Below, piece after piece: positions 1 to 12,711 of a DNA stretch of 64,000 nucleotides (position 1 is its first letter; each line of letters starts with the position of its first letter). The notes under the pieces were generated by a model. It saw nothing but the letters and a program-made list of their open reading frames with translations, searched no databases and was not told the DNA's origin. The position numbers and the translations under genes are program-made. The DNA is from Iphione sp. A-MEVVRFRX5 (Eukaryota): NCBI GenBank assembly GCA_976226885.1, contig OZ320316.1, forward strand, positions 72,168,001 through 72,232,000. The letters are read 5' to 3'.

Positions 1-1052
1 CCTTTTCTGCGGTGGTCCTACTGCCACAATATAACTGACTTAATCAGAGCTTAGGAGCTAAGATATATCATAACAATATTTCACCCAGTGGCCACAGTGG
101 TGCTACTGCTCTGGGGATCCGTTCTTTTATGGAAATAGGCAGACTTTATATGGAAGAGACCCTCTCAGTGGTGCCACTGTTTTGTATTTGGTTGACCCCA
201 AACTTGTCATTTTGTAGCAAGCTGTGCTAATGGTGCAACTGGCATACACCTGACTTGCAAGTGCAAGTGTACTAAGTCCTCCAGTGTGCTACAGCACATG
301 CAAAAATGACCTTTAGTTATGGAAATGGTGTTCAAAAAGTATTGGTCCTATGGTACCTAGTATTTTATGACATACAATAGCATGTTCTATATGAAAAGAA
401 ACCCTAGAAATGTGAGTTTATTTTAGTACCAATGGTCTCTTATTCATTTGGTGATCATAGCAACAGGTCAGGTTTGAGAACAGCAGAATTTTCATAAAAG
501 TTGCATCAAATTGTTACTTTTTCATAAATTTGGTCATAAAACTTTCAAAATTATTAATAGAAAGATTTTCAATTGCAGGAGTGTAGAGCATGTGATTTGC
601 AATCTTTTGAGTCCTAAATCATTACTATGTATGGAAAGGGTTACTTTGTATCAAGATCTAGGTCATTATATATGTACTTCATTCAATGTGAGCCTCAGGG
701 GCATCACTGATGCAGCAATAGCAACTCTGAGGAGATGATAATAGTAATTAAATTTAGACTTAATTATTTATTTTTGTTATAATGTAAGAATTCCATAGAA
801 CTAAAGCTTTCATATGTGTATATGGTAGAACAAATCATGGGAAGAGAAGTCCAATGGCCTACAGTGGCCTCTTGCTCATGCATATACATCAGGTGAGGTA
901 TGCCAAAGCACTGATTTGTTATTAAATTTGGCTTCTTTGAAAAATGAGATCAATGTTAAATCTATCAAGAGGTTAGATATATTGAAAGCACAAGTGAAAT
1001 ACATGCACCTTATTCAGGTGTAAGGATGTATAGTAATTTATATAGTTATATA

Positions 1053-1231
1053 CAGTAAAGTCTTAATTTATGAGCATATCGATTTCCAACCTTTCTGCCT
1101 ATTACGACCACCTGAAGCGGGACCCAAAGTAACTATTTCTATTGTTAACAATAATCAATTTACAACCAAACTTGTTATTATGACCATTTTTGGCAGGATC
1201 CGATGACTGGTCGGAAATCAAGATTCTACTG
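1053..1231. mobile_element. Tigger/pogo-type (Tc1/mariner) MITE, 179 bp
   Basis: Left end TA|CAGTAAAGTCTTAATTT; the right end reverse-complements to TA|CAGTAGAATCTTGATTT. Imperfect TIRs starting CAGT, with TA on both sides (1051-52, 1232-33). Confidence 0.6.
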
Positions 1232-1489
1232 TACAGAGTTTTAGGAATTACTGTGAACTGCAGTATATGTGGTTAGTGGTATTTATGGGTTTTAAGGCAA
1301 ATTATTATATTTCCAAGGTCATTTGACCACTTTTTTAAATCACAACTATTCCTGATAAGACATTTTATCTTTAAATTTAAAGAAGCACTGCACTCCAACC
1401 TTGTTTGATATAAAAAAGATGTGATGATATTATTCATAAAATAATAGCCTAAAGTATGTGCCAAATTTTGCACATTTTGCAGACCTTAA

Positions 1490-2556
1490 CCCCTTACCGT
1501 CCATGTTAATTCATGTTTTTGAAGGTGGGACCAGAGGTAAAAGATTAGCTCTCCTTGTCTGAGTAGTATTCTAATAGAACTGATATTATACCATCCTTCC
1601 CTGTAAACCTTAGGAATTGCATTTTAATTTAGCATCAATTTTGTTCTTATAATTCAGTTTCCATGGCAACAGGAGAGCTCTGAGTGTAGATAATTTTTTA
1701 GGAAAATAATGAAAAATCTCCACTCATTGACAATAAATCTCTAGAAAGAGTTATAAATATTGTTTTTAGAGAGAAACTTATTATCAAGGAAATATTCAGT
1801 AAGTGTTTTGCAATCTTTTGATGCCTCATTTGTTATTGTGCATAAATTTAGTATATTGTATCATAATCTGGCATATTGTCTCTATTACCCCTAAAAATGT
1901 TCCATTACATGCATCAGCTGCATCACTAATGCTCCATAGGCAACCTTGAGGTGTTACCATGGTAACAAATTAAATAATTAATCAATGATTGGTCTGGATC
2001 TAAACTCCAATCAGACAGTCCATGCCCTTGTATGTAATTTTTGTAGAAAATACAACACATTTTCAAAGAATTTGGCAGATATTATGTGTGTATCTATTAC
2101 AAAACACTTTGTAATATATATATGCCCATTGATAGTGGAGGTGTAATGGATATTGGTCTGTCATATTTTATGTAATCAAATAAAAGAGAGTGCAAACTGT
2201 AACAAAGTTTCTCAAAATCAAACATCAACTCCAAGTCTACAGTATTATTTCAAAGCAGAATGGAAATCTATATATTACATCAAATATTCAAGGGCTTGCT
2301 TTCCTCATAATGCAAATATGCAGTGTAAACATAACACTTGCTCAAATTTATGTAAATGAGAAAGGTCATGTGATCAGTTTTAGAGGTTTCCTTGTCAGAA
2401 AAAGTGAAAGTGTTTGTGCAGCCTGCGAAAAAGCCAATATTCTGGGCATATTTAGAGAAAAATGGATAAAATCTCTTTGAAATTTATAGTTGTACATGCA
2501 GACTAACTTCTACCATACATATCCATACGATTTTACCATTGTTGGACGGTAAGGGG
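1490..2556. mobile_element. Non-autonomous piggyBac-type element, 1067 bp
   Basis: Perfect 14-bp TIRs CCCCTTACCGTCCA (1490-1503) / TGGACGGTAAGGGG (2543-2556), flanked by TTAA (1486-89, 2557-60). CCC termini plus a TTAA TSD are the piggyBac signature. No transposase ORF. Confidence 0.8.
1657..1966. promoter_or_regulatory. Two RFX X-box-like palindromes inside the piggyBac-type element
   Basis: GTTTCCATGGCAAC at 1657-1670 and GTTACCATGGTAAC at 1953-1966 match the X-box consensus GTNRCCATGGYAAC. Function is untested. Confidence 0.35.
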
Positions 2557-2634
2557 TTAAGGGGCCAGGATAAGTTACAAGCATTTCTAGATTGATATCT
2601 AAAAGATCAATTTTACAATCTGAAACACTTCATA

Positions 2635-2790
2635 CAGTGGAACCCCGATACTGGCTTACCGTCTATACCAGACAACGCTCATACGGGACAGAAGTTTTAA
2701 AGAACCATGCAAAAACCCTCTATTTCATGTTTAATGTACTTGCCATTCTGGACACTCAACTCCACCAGACATTTAATTCCGGACACACAT
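2635..2790 (+). mobile_element. Left end of a Tigger/pogo-type DNA transposon (right end not found)
   Basis: TA|CAGTGGAACCCCGATA start followed by repeated CYRGACA subterminal motifs (ctggacactc, ccagacattt, ccggacacac). Confidence 0.4.
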
Positions 2791-3895
2791 TTCACAGTTC
2801 CAAATAAAGAATTTCTAATAATATTCTGGATGGCAGAGCGAATTGTTCTGATCTACATTTTACTCATACCTCATTCAGGTGCAAAGAAAGGGTCTGGGGA
2901 GTGTTGCCAGGACAGTGTTAGCCAATTGCTTAGATCTACTCACAAAAGCAAGACGTGTGGGGAAAGTCGCGAAGGAAAAGAAGGAATTTTGTGAGGGAAG
3001 GGCAAAATTTGAAAAAAATTACTGAAGTCGTGAGCAAAAGATGCAAGGAATTGCTTAGATCCACTAACAGATGAAGGGGGCGTGAGAAAACTCACGCGAA
3101 AAGATCTGTGAGTTTCGCATGAGTAAAGAGCTGAGTTTTAGTGAATTTTAATAGTAAAAAGCTCATGTTTAGGCAGGAAATTCAGACGATCGGCTGAAAA
3201 AAGTGTACATCTTGTCCATACATAACCAGCGAGGCGAGAGGATAAATTCTTCAACGTTACTCAAATACTCTTACTAAAATTGAATGCTTTGGGCAATATT
3301 GAAGGATAATATACAGGTATTTCCTATCAATTTGAAGAGAGTATATGGAGTCATTTTTCTTTTATGAGATGAAACCTACCTAAAGATGCACCGAGCAGTC
3401 ACAAATTGATCTAGCTACATTCGCCAACCTTGATGAATATAACACTAGCGTAATAGAGAGGGTATCAGATTTAATATTTCAGTCTAGAATAACCAGTTTA
3501 CAATTATATTGCTTCAAGAAGGCAAGGTTTGCAATAAAGCCAGTAATTGCACCCATTTCCTAATCTGTAAGACAATTGGGCTTGTTTATGTTACCACAAC
3601 AAACAGGACAGTAATCCACCAGACCTGTCCCTCTTTGTCCAATTCCGTTAACGTTGTTGCCCAATTTCCGACATTGAATTCACCGTGAGATCGAGGCCTA
3701 ACGGACACCGACTGAGATGACTGAGGAGCTTACAGTGACCAGACGCTTGTTCCCAGCGGACATTGCAAGACCTTAGTTCGTACGCCCCCGTGGGACGGAG
3801 GTACTCCAAAGACATCGTATACTCCTTGAGGGAGGTGACTCCACCTGCTCGAGGATGATTTATCCAAAACGGATATAGAGTATGGACGGGGCACA

Positions 3896-4010
3896 AGAAA
3901 GAGAGAGAAACTGAGAGAACGAGGAGATAGAGACAGACAGAGACAGAGAGAGACAGAAACGGAGAGAGACAGAGACAGAGAGAAACAGGAGACAGAGAAA
4001 AGCACAGAAA
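3896..4010. repeat. Imperfect (GA)/(GACA) microsatellite
   Basis: agagagagaaactgagag...agacagacagagacagagagagacag; it explains the low-complexity S/L/C ORFs on the minus strand here. Confidence 0.85.
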
Positions 4011-7000
4011 GAAAATGGTTATCGTCAATTGATGGGCCACACTATCATCCTTAAATCAGCCTGCATAACCAGCCATCGGTGCTATCCTGGTAATCCAATA
4101 TCAGCCGACGAGAAACCTTTATTGCTTCTGCTCTTACTACAGACGTTGTGTACCGTACTCTGCATAGCCCTCTCTCCTTCTGGTGATGCTAACGGAGAGT
4201 GAGTAGGCCGCGGTATTTGTTTGACTGAGGGTGCCACACACGATCTTGGCTATGATGCATTCTACTGAGGCAAATTGAGGACAAAAGGGGGAGCATCCTT
4301 CTCTGCTAACCCTACCTGTAGCACTGATGTATATAGCTATCGCTATATTTGGAAGGAACTGCTGGAGCTGGTTGCCGCACTCAAAAATGCCTATAACCCT
4401 ACCTAATGAAGCACCAAATGATGCTCTGCACTGCCAATGCAGGTCTATAATGGTCACTATGTGATCCGGCAAGTTCAGCCACAGGCTAAAAGAACTATGG
4501 CCTCTAAATTTTAAGTTTCTCTGAGTCTTAACACGCAAGTATTTTTCTAATATAAAAGCCTAAACAGGTGACTAGGAGCTCACTGCATTTCAGATCCTGG
4601 ATTTGCCTGGCGTTTAACATTTTACTCTCTTAATATGCGTTTAAGATGCTAATAGAAAGCTTGGGTATTGCAGGGCCTCGGGAGGCATCCATTGACCTAT
4701 TCTTGAATGGGACCGCGGAAACCTTCACACCGACGTTGGGTTATAGAAGCACAACATTCTGCATGACAGACCTGACGCAATCCCTGCATCCTGATCAGTT
4801 CTGGACCAACCTGATCAGGTCTGAACCGACATGTTGTGTGTGTATCTGAAAAAACCCATAGTGCTTGCTCCATTTCACGCCCAGACAGCTTTAAGGAGGG
4901 AAGCTATCTAAACGCTCCGTGCTAGATCATCTCCCAACAGATGCTTCACACACCTAAATGGACTGCAACCTTCACTTGCCATCACTAGAATGCCCTACAG
5001 TACCAAATCGGGTCATTATTTTAATATACAAATCCTGTACACCTGCAAATATGGCTTAATTAGAGGTGGCTGTGTATAGTAAACTGGGCGGTTGAGGGGT
5101 TCAGTGAGTACCCAGAAAATCTGCTTGAACAGGTCAGCTTCATTGGCGAAGGGTGATAGTAGTTCACCACATGACCATCCTTGTCGTCCAAGTGATACTG
5201 ATTGAGCGAATAGACCCGCCTTGTGGACATATTGTCACCACGGCGGAAGCTCTTCCCATCCTACCTGCAAGCCACCTCAGGGTTTGAGTGCGGACCAATT
5301 TGCTCAAGACGAACCTATTAGAGAACGCCCTACCTGAAGCATTCATAATGTTGGCCAAATGAAGCTCACCGCTACCAGTGAAGATCAATAAAACTTGACA
5401 AAGCGAGAGTTCTGAAACCCCTATTCAACATTTCCGTGCTCTGCACGACATGTTAAAAGTTATATATGGACCTCAGAAACATTTACTATTTGAACTGCGT
5501 CAGATTATCGATTCAAAACCCCATAACCATGGTCCGTACTATTCCTTGGTTGTTCTTTGTTCCAGAAGTGTATTACTTTCAGAAGATGTTTTGTGTTATT
5601 TCTTCAAATCCGTTTATGCTCAGACTTCCTTCTGTATACATATACTTCACGCTAAAACGTGTTTAGTCTTAAAATCATTTTGTCTAACACTTTTACATGG
5701 TCAAGTGTCTTCTATAGGACTCAAACATTTTTTCAACACACACAAATCGTTTTTTCAAGAAAAATATTTTTCTTATCTGAGAGTAGGATTTTTGCTGATA
5801 TTACAATTCATAACGCCTTAGGTGAAGTATTAATAATTGAACACTTGAATTTTGTATCAACTCATCACCATGTTAATACGGAAAACATTTACAGGGAATT
5901 GTTTTTAAGATCCTCCGTAGATTTATGCCATGTAATTCACCATCGAGCTGCAGCTGCTAGGCAGATGTCATCATTCATTTCTGTACAATGCCTTTAAGGG
6001 CCCCATCATCAGTACTCGCAGCAGGAATGACCTGCCGTATACTCGCTGACTTTTCAAAACCAAACGACATACTCAGTAGAATATATGCATAGAATATTTA
6101 TTGTCGTATGGTTACGCAGCTACTTTCTCAATCAACGTCTTTGCTTGCTTACCCCATTTAAAGGCCTCCCTTTGAAATGTAATAGAACTCACCAGGAAAG
6201 CATTGTGAAAGCCAATGAGAATGTAAAATGCTTTGCGGAAGACTGGAGAATTTGTATAATTGTTCTCGTGTTCTTTGAACCACTCAGCAAAATGCAATCG
6301 CATATTCTTACTACACTTAAAGGTGAGATGTAACGCAATGTCATTCTTCTGCCGTATCTGTACTGTCTTGTAGTTGATCGAAGGGTTGTCTCATATGACT
6401 TTCATGTGTGAGAAACGTGAATAATATTAAATCATGGTATACGTAGATCCCCTCCATCAATTTACATTAATTAATATATCAGTGTAGGTATATGTGATGA
6501 TACATTAGCTTCGTAAATAGAAAAATGCCAAAGGATATGACCCTAGGGAAGGCACAGCTCATAGAAATGCCCAGTCAGACAGGTGGCTGTAAGACTGCAA
6601 TCAAGATCGGCTAATATGACCTACAGGACAGAACAAAAGCTCAAACCTACTACATATCCATGTGAGCGTACATTGCACTGTGAGATAAATTGGAATTCCA
6701 ATTTATGTAGTCCTTCATAAGGAGGTAAGTGGTATCCCATCACGGCATATTGTAATTGGCATCTGGAACTAAGGCACCATACATATTGCAGTAGTTTTTA
6801 TATGCTCTTTGCCTTATAGTTCAAAAGTACATTACCTAAAGACGTGCGTACGAATACCTGTTTTCATTAAATTTTACCATGCAATGATGTCAATGTGCTC
6901 AACAAAATCCTTTACGTTACAGTTGTTGCCTTTTTTGCATAATTGCTTTGTAAAGGTCTTGATCTGCCTTATAAAATGAATACAAAGTATAGACACACTC

Positions 7001-10000
7001 CCGAGTCGTATTAACGTGGTTTGTCATCAAGCTTCATGTCATGATACAAGGAATCAAAATATGGGTAGAATAGCCTAAAAAGGTATTACAGCCTAAAAAG
7101 TGTACCCAAATCACGAACAACATATCTTTGGCGACAGGAGAGGCCTTTTTTCGTGACATTGGATTGGGATAAAATGAAATAGGATTAAAGTTCCATCCCG
7201 TCCTGTACGCTAGGCTTAGTGAAATATTTTAGAGAACGGTCGTACAGGAACGAACAGCCGGACAAATACAGAAAACGTTGCTATTTGTCAACAAATATAT
7301 CTTTAGTTGGTCTAGTAACTTAGCTGCAGGAATTTCACTTAATTGCTCTTTCACTCTCTCTATTCAACAATCTACAGGTTGTACTGATAGAGAAGGGAAG
7401 AACTGCAGAGATGGAGGAACATCATTCCAGTCAATAACGCGCGGTATATTTCAAGGCTTCGCTGCTATTAATACAAGCCTGGCGAACAATACAGCCGCAG
7501 TTGGTGTGGGTGAATCAGCGCGGAACCTAGGCGAATTTATATTGCCTGACACTGCATTTACGTTCTATTACCACCGTAACGCTACTGATAAGCCCAACTA
7601 CCAGCCTATGCAGATGCTCATTTTCTGCATCGTGATCGCCAAACATGTGAAGGATATCAAGCTGTGATCTCTAGGTAACAATGAAAAAATATGAAAGAGT
7701 CAGCTCGGTTACAGCAGATACTCGAGGAAATGCGTATTGCACAGGCTTGTTATTTGTTCTAAAAGGAATACGCACAGGGTGGCCTACGACTAGAGGATGC
7801 ACTTGCTTCTATGATGTGAAATTTGGCAGCAATAATATGGTATGGCATAGAGTATTAAACATTTCCGTTTATCTTAATGATACAGCCTTCATCGACCAAC
7901 CAGTTGGAATAGACAAGTTGCCTCGTGCTGAATAAGGGTTGTCTAGTCAGCGGCAACGTAATATTTGTAACGCTCGCACGAGGGCTATTCCCTTCCATCT
8001 GGTCTTTGAAGGTTATGTCTTTTTCTCCACATAACTCATGATGTGCAACAAACATCATTTCCCCGGATAAAGCCGAATAAATAGTCTAGTACCAACAAAC
8101 CTTGTGCATGGGGATTGGCCAGATAATTCAGATGAATATTCTCTATCTCCTTCCCAAAGGAAATTTATGCAATTACGTCATACATAATTGGATCATTCGA
8201 TGCCTCTGGTCTCAAATGGGATCGTCCTATACAAGCCTCCTGAGGGAATGGATAAAATGAATGGATAAAATGCTCGTATCTATCAATGATGCGTACGATG
8301 GTATATTCATGGTATTTCTAAACCGTCTATAACATGACCTTCCCCTCTGCAAAACAAAAGATGCTTTTTGTGTACACTTCGGCCTATCACGCTAGTGAAA
8401 GGTCAGTGCCAACAGTCTGAAGGTGCAAGCCTGAAGGAGATGAGATATTACTCATCTTCTCCTTTACAGCCCGCCCAGTGCAGACCGATGACCGATGGTG
8501 TCACAGAGATAAATAGACCTTTGCGCCTTCTGGCGACTGGTCAGTGTAACGAGCGGAGGTAGTTGCCCTGTCTGGGATGAAGGTGCTTCACAACACCATG
8601 CAACATTAGACGGATATGAAGCAAAAGGGGGGAGAAAAGAACGTTCGCCAATTGCAAATGTTGTATGTGTGTCTGTCTCAAATCCTGGAAGGATGGGTAC
8701 TGGTTGTTTATTCTACAAGTATTATCGGCTTATGGACACCTCTTACATACATGGGAGGAAATGGTTATAGAAAATATAGTGAGAGGTTTCGTCGTTTTCA
8801 CTTTAGTAATACACCTTTCGAGGATTTAGTGTGTATAACTATCTCAATAGTTTTTGTTTGGAGTTTGCAATGAAGGAAATATTGACGTGTCCTTTATCCT
8901 CCAGGTCTTGTAGGCCTATCCTTATTCTGCATAATAGGCAATAAGACCAGATGTAAATATGAACTTCATAAATAAATAGATGCGGGTGGGCTGGGTGGGA
9001 GGTAAAATGTCCAGTAGTGAAGATAAATGAGGTGCTGCCAGTATACCCATGGTTACTAATATACGACTGTACAGTGGCGCCATTTCGTAAAATGACTCAG
9101 CATGAAATACCCCGAGGCGCCCATAACAAAGAGAGAAGATACTGCATACTCTGTACGAGGTGAACTCTGCAGGAAACCTGTACAGCCTGCAGAAGAAATT
9201 GTACATGTATGTTCTACTCGAGGATGCCTCAAGGGCGACTTTCTATGAAAAGGAATGCGCATAGCAAGTTGCGGTATACACAGGTCTATTCGTGCTGAGT
9301 CGGAGTGGACTCGGATAGAGTTGGTGTTTAGTCCACCGTTGGAGGGGCATATTGCTCAAAGGCATGGGCCAGGCCGGTGTAGGAACAAGACGGTTTCTCC
9401 TATTAACGTACAATTAATGAAGCCTGCTCTTGATGCTTGGGTGGAAGATGCTGCCAGAAACTCGAGGTGAGAGGTCACCCCTTCAGCACCGGCTCTCACT
9501 ACACTCACAGGGAAGCGATTAGCCATACGTGGCCTCAGATCCGGCGGCAACCGGTTGGCAGGTATCGACTCGACGAAGGACCCACCTTAACAAGCCTCGT
9601 GATAGATCGGTCCCAAAGTAAAACAGTTTTAACATCGGTAGATAAAAACGTCACTTTGGGATTCATAGCCTGTATAACATATTTTTCGATAAGGCAAGCG
9701 ATGGTAATGATGACCTGGAAGGTTCTTTCGGATAGAAAATAGTCTTCCTGCTAGCCGTAGATCTCTTGCATATTTTCAGAGGTAGTGTTTTTAATTTTGA
9801 AAACAATTTTCAATGGTTACTAGAGGAACGATTGTTAGAGGTCCTATAATATCAGATTTAGTCGTAGTTAGCTAGTGATGAATGAAACTACAGCGTTACT
9901 ATGGTGATAGTTGTCCTGTTGTCAGTCGAGCCATCGGTCGCACCAATGGATATCTCTTTTCATAGTGTCTAAATTCATAATGTCTTTTAATGTTTCCTTA

Positions 10001-10339
10001 GCCTGGTGTAAGAAGGCTTTCATTAATAAAAACTTATTTAACCTGGTGCGCACAGTTACAGCATCGTATCCTTTCACCTTATTACTATACAACACTATAC
10101 AGTGGTTGTGACAACGTCAAACCTTGCTTAACCTCGATTAATTATTTACTTATTATTCTATAATATATGTAATTCTATTTTATCATATTTTCATAAAAAA
10201 ATTTTCTTATAACAGATCGTATGTGCATAACCATATCATTTTACCAATCACTGTATGGGACTAATTATATAAATTTGTGGTAGATGCAATAGAAACTGAA
10301 TCGATAGTTTATCTGTCTTGTGATGATCTCGAATCTATG

Positions 10340-11470
10340 GTCCAGAAAATTTGCACTGCCACAAGGAGAACTCTCCTACCAGACCTGGGTCTGTCCTACT
10401 GTACTGCCTAGCTCCTACTGGCTGGGGTCCAGGACTCCCCTCCAACTAGTGCTTGGCCACCTCACCAGGTGGCCCCAGCAGTACACCCCCCCCCCCCACC
10501 AAGGAGGTGCTGCCTCCTTTGAGCTCTCTGGTCAGTTATACTCACCCAAGGGTCCTCCCCCTTAGCTGCCTCATATACCCGTGACATATATGGTTATCTT
10601 TATCCTAAAATGCTATTTGCGTCTGGAATGATTGGAACTCCTTCCCTACGTTTCATGTGAGAGCACACACAGGAATACCTGTGTACTTAGAGTGAACCAG
10701 ATGTTTCTGTGTGTCCTTGTGCGACTGGAAAAATAGAGATTGAAGAACATGAAGAACATTCACCTGATGCGGAAGTTTTACCCAACACTGAATATCATCT
10801 CACAGAGCAGAAAGAAGAACAGGTGCTGGCAGAACGAGAAGAGGAGCAAGATCCGAGTAGGTCAACCAAGACCTCAGCTGACGGCATGGAGGAAGCTGGA
10901 TCGGGTGACAGATCCCTTCTTCCTAACACTCTTCCTATTTCAGCTGCACCGGATGAAGAACCTGCTGTCTGCGCTACTGATTCGGCATCAGATGAGCTGC
11001 TACTCCTGAGCTGCCTCCCACCTTGTATCTTGAACTGTGGTTAAAAGAAATAGTAGACGGCTCCCCAACCATAAAAACACTACCCCGGGAAACTGTTTGT
11101 CTCCCTTCTGAATGGGAATGGACAATGATTATCCTGGAACAATGGTTTGTAGTGCAGACACATCTGGTATCGCTTTTGCTTGCAACCGTGGAAGCATCGG
11201 CCAGTCCACCTTTGCTTCTGGGAGAGATTGTGGGTCCTCTTCAAGATCATTCCCTACTTCCCGGAGCTCACCAGACTAGGACCACCTATTGGCCTTTTCA
11301 AGAAGATGAACTTGGAACTACACAATATAACTGCACAAGCCATATACACACTCTGGCACCAGGCTAATTGTGAAAGAGGAGTTTCAGATGCTGTCCTGGA
11401 CTCTCATATCACATTAACCACTAGTATAGCAGAACAGGAAAAGAGGAACATCCATATTTTCAGTTAGGCT
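10340..11470 (+). mobile_element. Degenerate 3' part of an L1/Tx1-like LINE ORF2 (post-RT region and zinc knuckle)
   Basis: Across frameshifts: FALPQGE..LLPDLGLSY (like LPK.EGGL.LPDL), W.KL....PFFL.LFQLH, C-Y-S-*-AASHLVS-* (like the C-x2-C..H..C knuckle), then WLKEIV..PTIKTLP..VCL and NITAQAIYTLW. Motif order fits, but many stops and frameshifts. Confidence 0.45.
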
Positions 11471-11724
11471 AGTTTCAAACTCCATTATCAGACCTCTTAT
11501 ACTACAGGAAGCTGCAAACACAAGAAATGATTTTATTACGCGAAGTATATGTATGTTTCTGAAAGCCCTTGTGACCAAATTTTAAATTCTGGATTATTTT
11601 TAAAATGATCAGGTTTCGGGGTTTCTTGAAAATCAATGGACTTATTTTTTACTCAAACTTTAATCTCAAATCATATATATGACTCTTGTATAAGAACTGA
11701 ATTCTGGTTCACACATTAATGTAT

Positions 11725-11850
11725 ATATATAGGATATATATATTGTATATATAAATATATGTCATAATCAGCACGATTGTTGTTATATTGTGTCTCCAGG
11801 TAACCATATGCATCATTGTATTCCATAACGACACACCACTTTTTGATTTT
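11725..11850 (+). repeat. Split direct repeat A1
   Basis: 126 bp matching 15684-15809 with 2 mismatches (11812 a/g, 11845 g/t). AT-rich, with TATAAA at 11749-54 and CAG|GTAACC at 11797-11805. Confidence 0.95.
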
Positions 11851-11883
11851 GACGTGTTTAGACATGTTAATCCGTTCAGCACT

Positions 11884-12711
11884 ATGGAAAAGTACTGTAA
11901 GAAGTGCGATGCAAGGCATGTTTCCCCAGTGGGAAAACATTGTAGGAGAGAATCTTCTGATGATGTTGTTGATGTTGAGAAGACTTCTCCTCAAGAGGTA
12001 AATACATCAGATCCAGTCGAGAAAAGATTTCAGAGGATAGAGACGATGTTGGAAGCCCTAGTAGCGATGAAACCAAAGGGTACCAAGGTTGAGAAGACTA
12101 GGGATTCAAGTACTTCCTCAAGTGATTCTGGTGATACCTCAGACTCTGAAGCTGAATCTTCCAAGAGGAAGAAGAGAAGAGGTAAGAAATCAAAGAAATT
12201 AATGATTTCAAAGTATGTGAAGGGAGAGAAAGTGGAGACACATGAAGATCTTGTGGTAGGGTCGATTGGTCTCCTGAAGAAGCTAATTTCTGATGGTGAA
12301 GACGTGGAGGGTTATATTAATCACATAGCCTTTATTGCGGATAGAGCGTCCACCAAGATATACACCAATTCCTCCCTGATTGAATATGACTTAGAGATGA
12401 GGAAGAGGGCGAGAGAAGAGGGGCTACAGAGATTTTGTTACGGTGACACCATACTGGTCCATAGATGTCTAAGCTTGGATGCTACAGTGGACGTAGCAAA
12501 ATTGAGAGAAGCGAAGAAGAAATCCAAGAAGCCAAAGGGTGTCTGCTACAGATATAACAACGTGGGTTGTGATGATGCTTCATGCCGATTCAAACATGTC
12601 TGTGAGTTGTGTTTCAAGGCGGGACACAAGGCGACCGAATGTTACGCAAACAAGACGACAGGTGGTGACTCCAGCAGCAACAAGTCAAAGAATTCGACAA
12701 GGAAGGATTGA
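11884..12711 (+). CDS. gag: Gag-like protein (275 aa from the first in-frame ATG) with N-terminal CCHC-like, C-terminal CCCH and CCHC zinc fingers
   Basis: Open frame 11788-12711, ATG at 11884. Motifs CKKCDARHVSPVGKHC, CYRYNNVGCDDASCRFKH and CELCFKAGHKATEC; central YINHIAFIAD...LIEYDLEMRKR typical of DIRS/Ngaro gag. Confidence 0.85.
   Translation: MEKYCKKCDARHVSPVGKHCRRESSDDVVDVEKTSPQEVNTSDPVEKRFQRIETMLEALVAMKPKGTKVEKTRDSSTSSSDSGDTSDSEAESSKRKKRRGKKSKKLMISKYVKGEKVETHEDLVVGSIGLLKKLISDGEDVEGYINHIAFIADRASTKIYTNSSLIEYDLEMRKRAREEGLQRFCYGDTILVHRCLSLDATVDVAKLREAKKKSKKPKGVCYRYNNVGCDDASCRFKHVCELCFKAGHKATECYANKTTGGDSSSNKSKNSTRKD

Noticed and set aside
6193-6242. Minus-strand 50-bp micro-exon (ttctccag|...FRKAFYILIGFHNAFL|gtgagt)
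   Set aside because: Good splice signals, but no partner exons or recognisable protein; expected by chance in 64 kb.
8922-9206. Hydrophobic minus-strand ORF suggesting a membrane protein
   Set aside because: No diagnostic motif; cannot be assigned without a search.
10709-11044. Acidic 111-aa ORF resembling a Gypsy post-integrase tail
   Set aside because: Better explained as an off-frame reading of the L1/Tx1-like relic.
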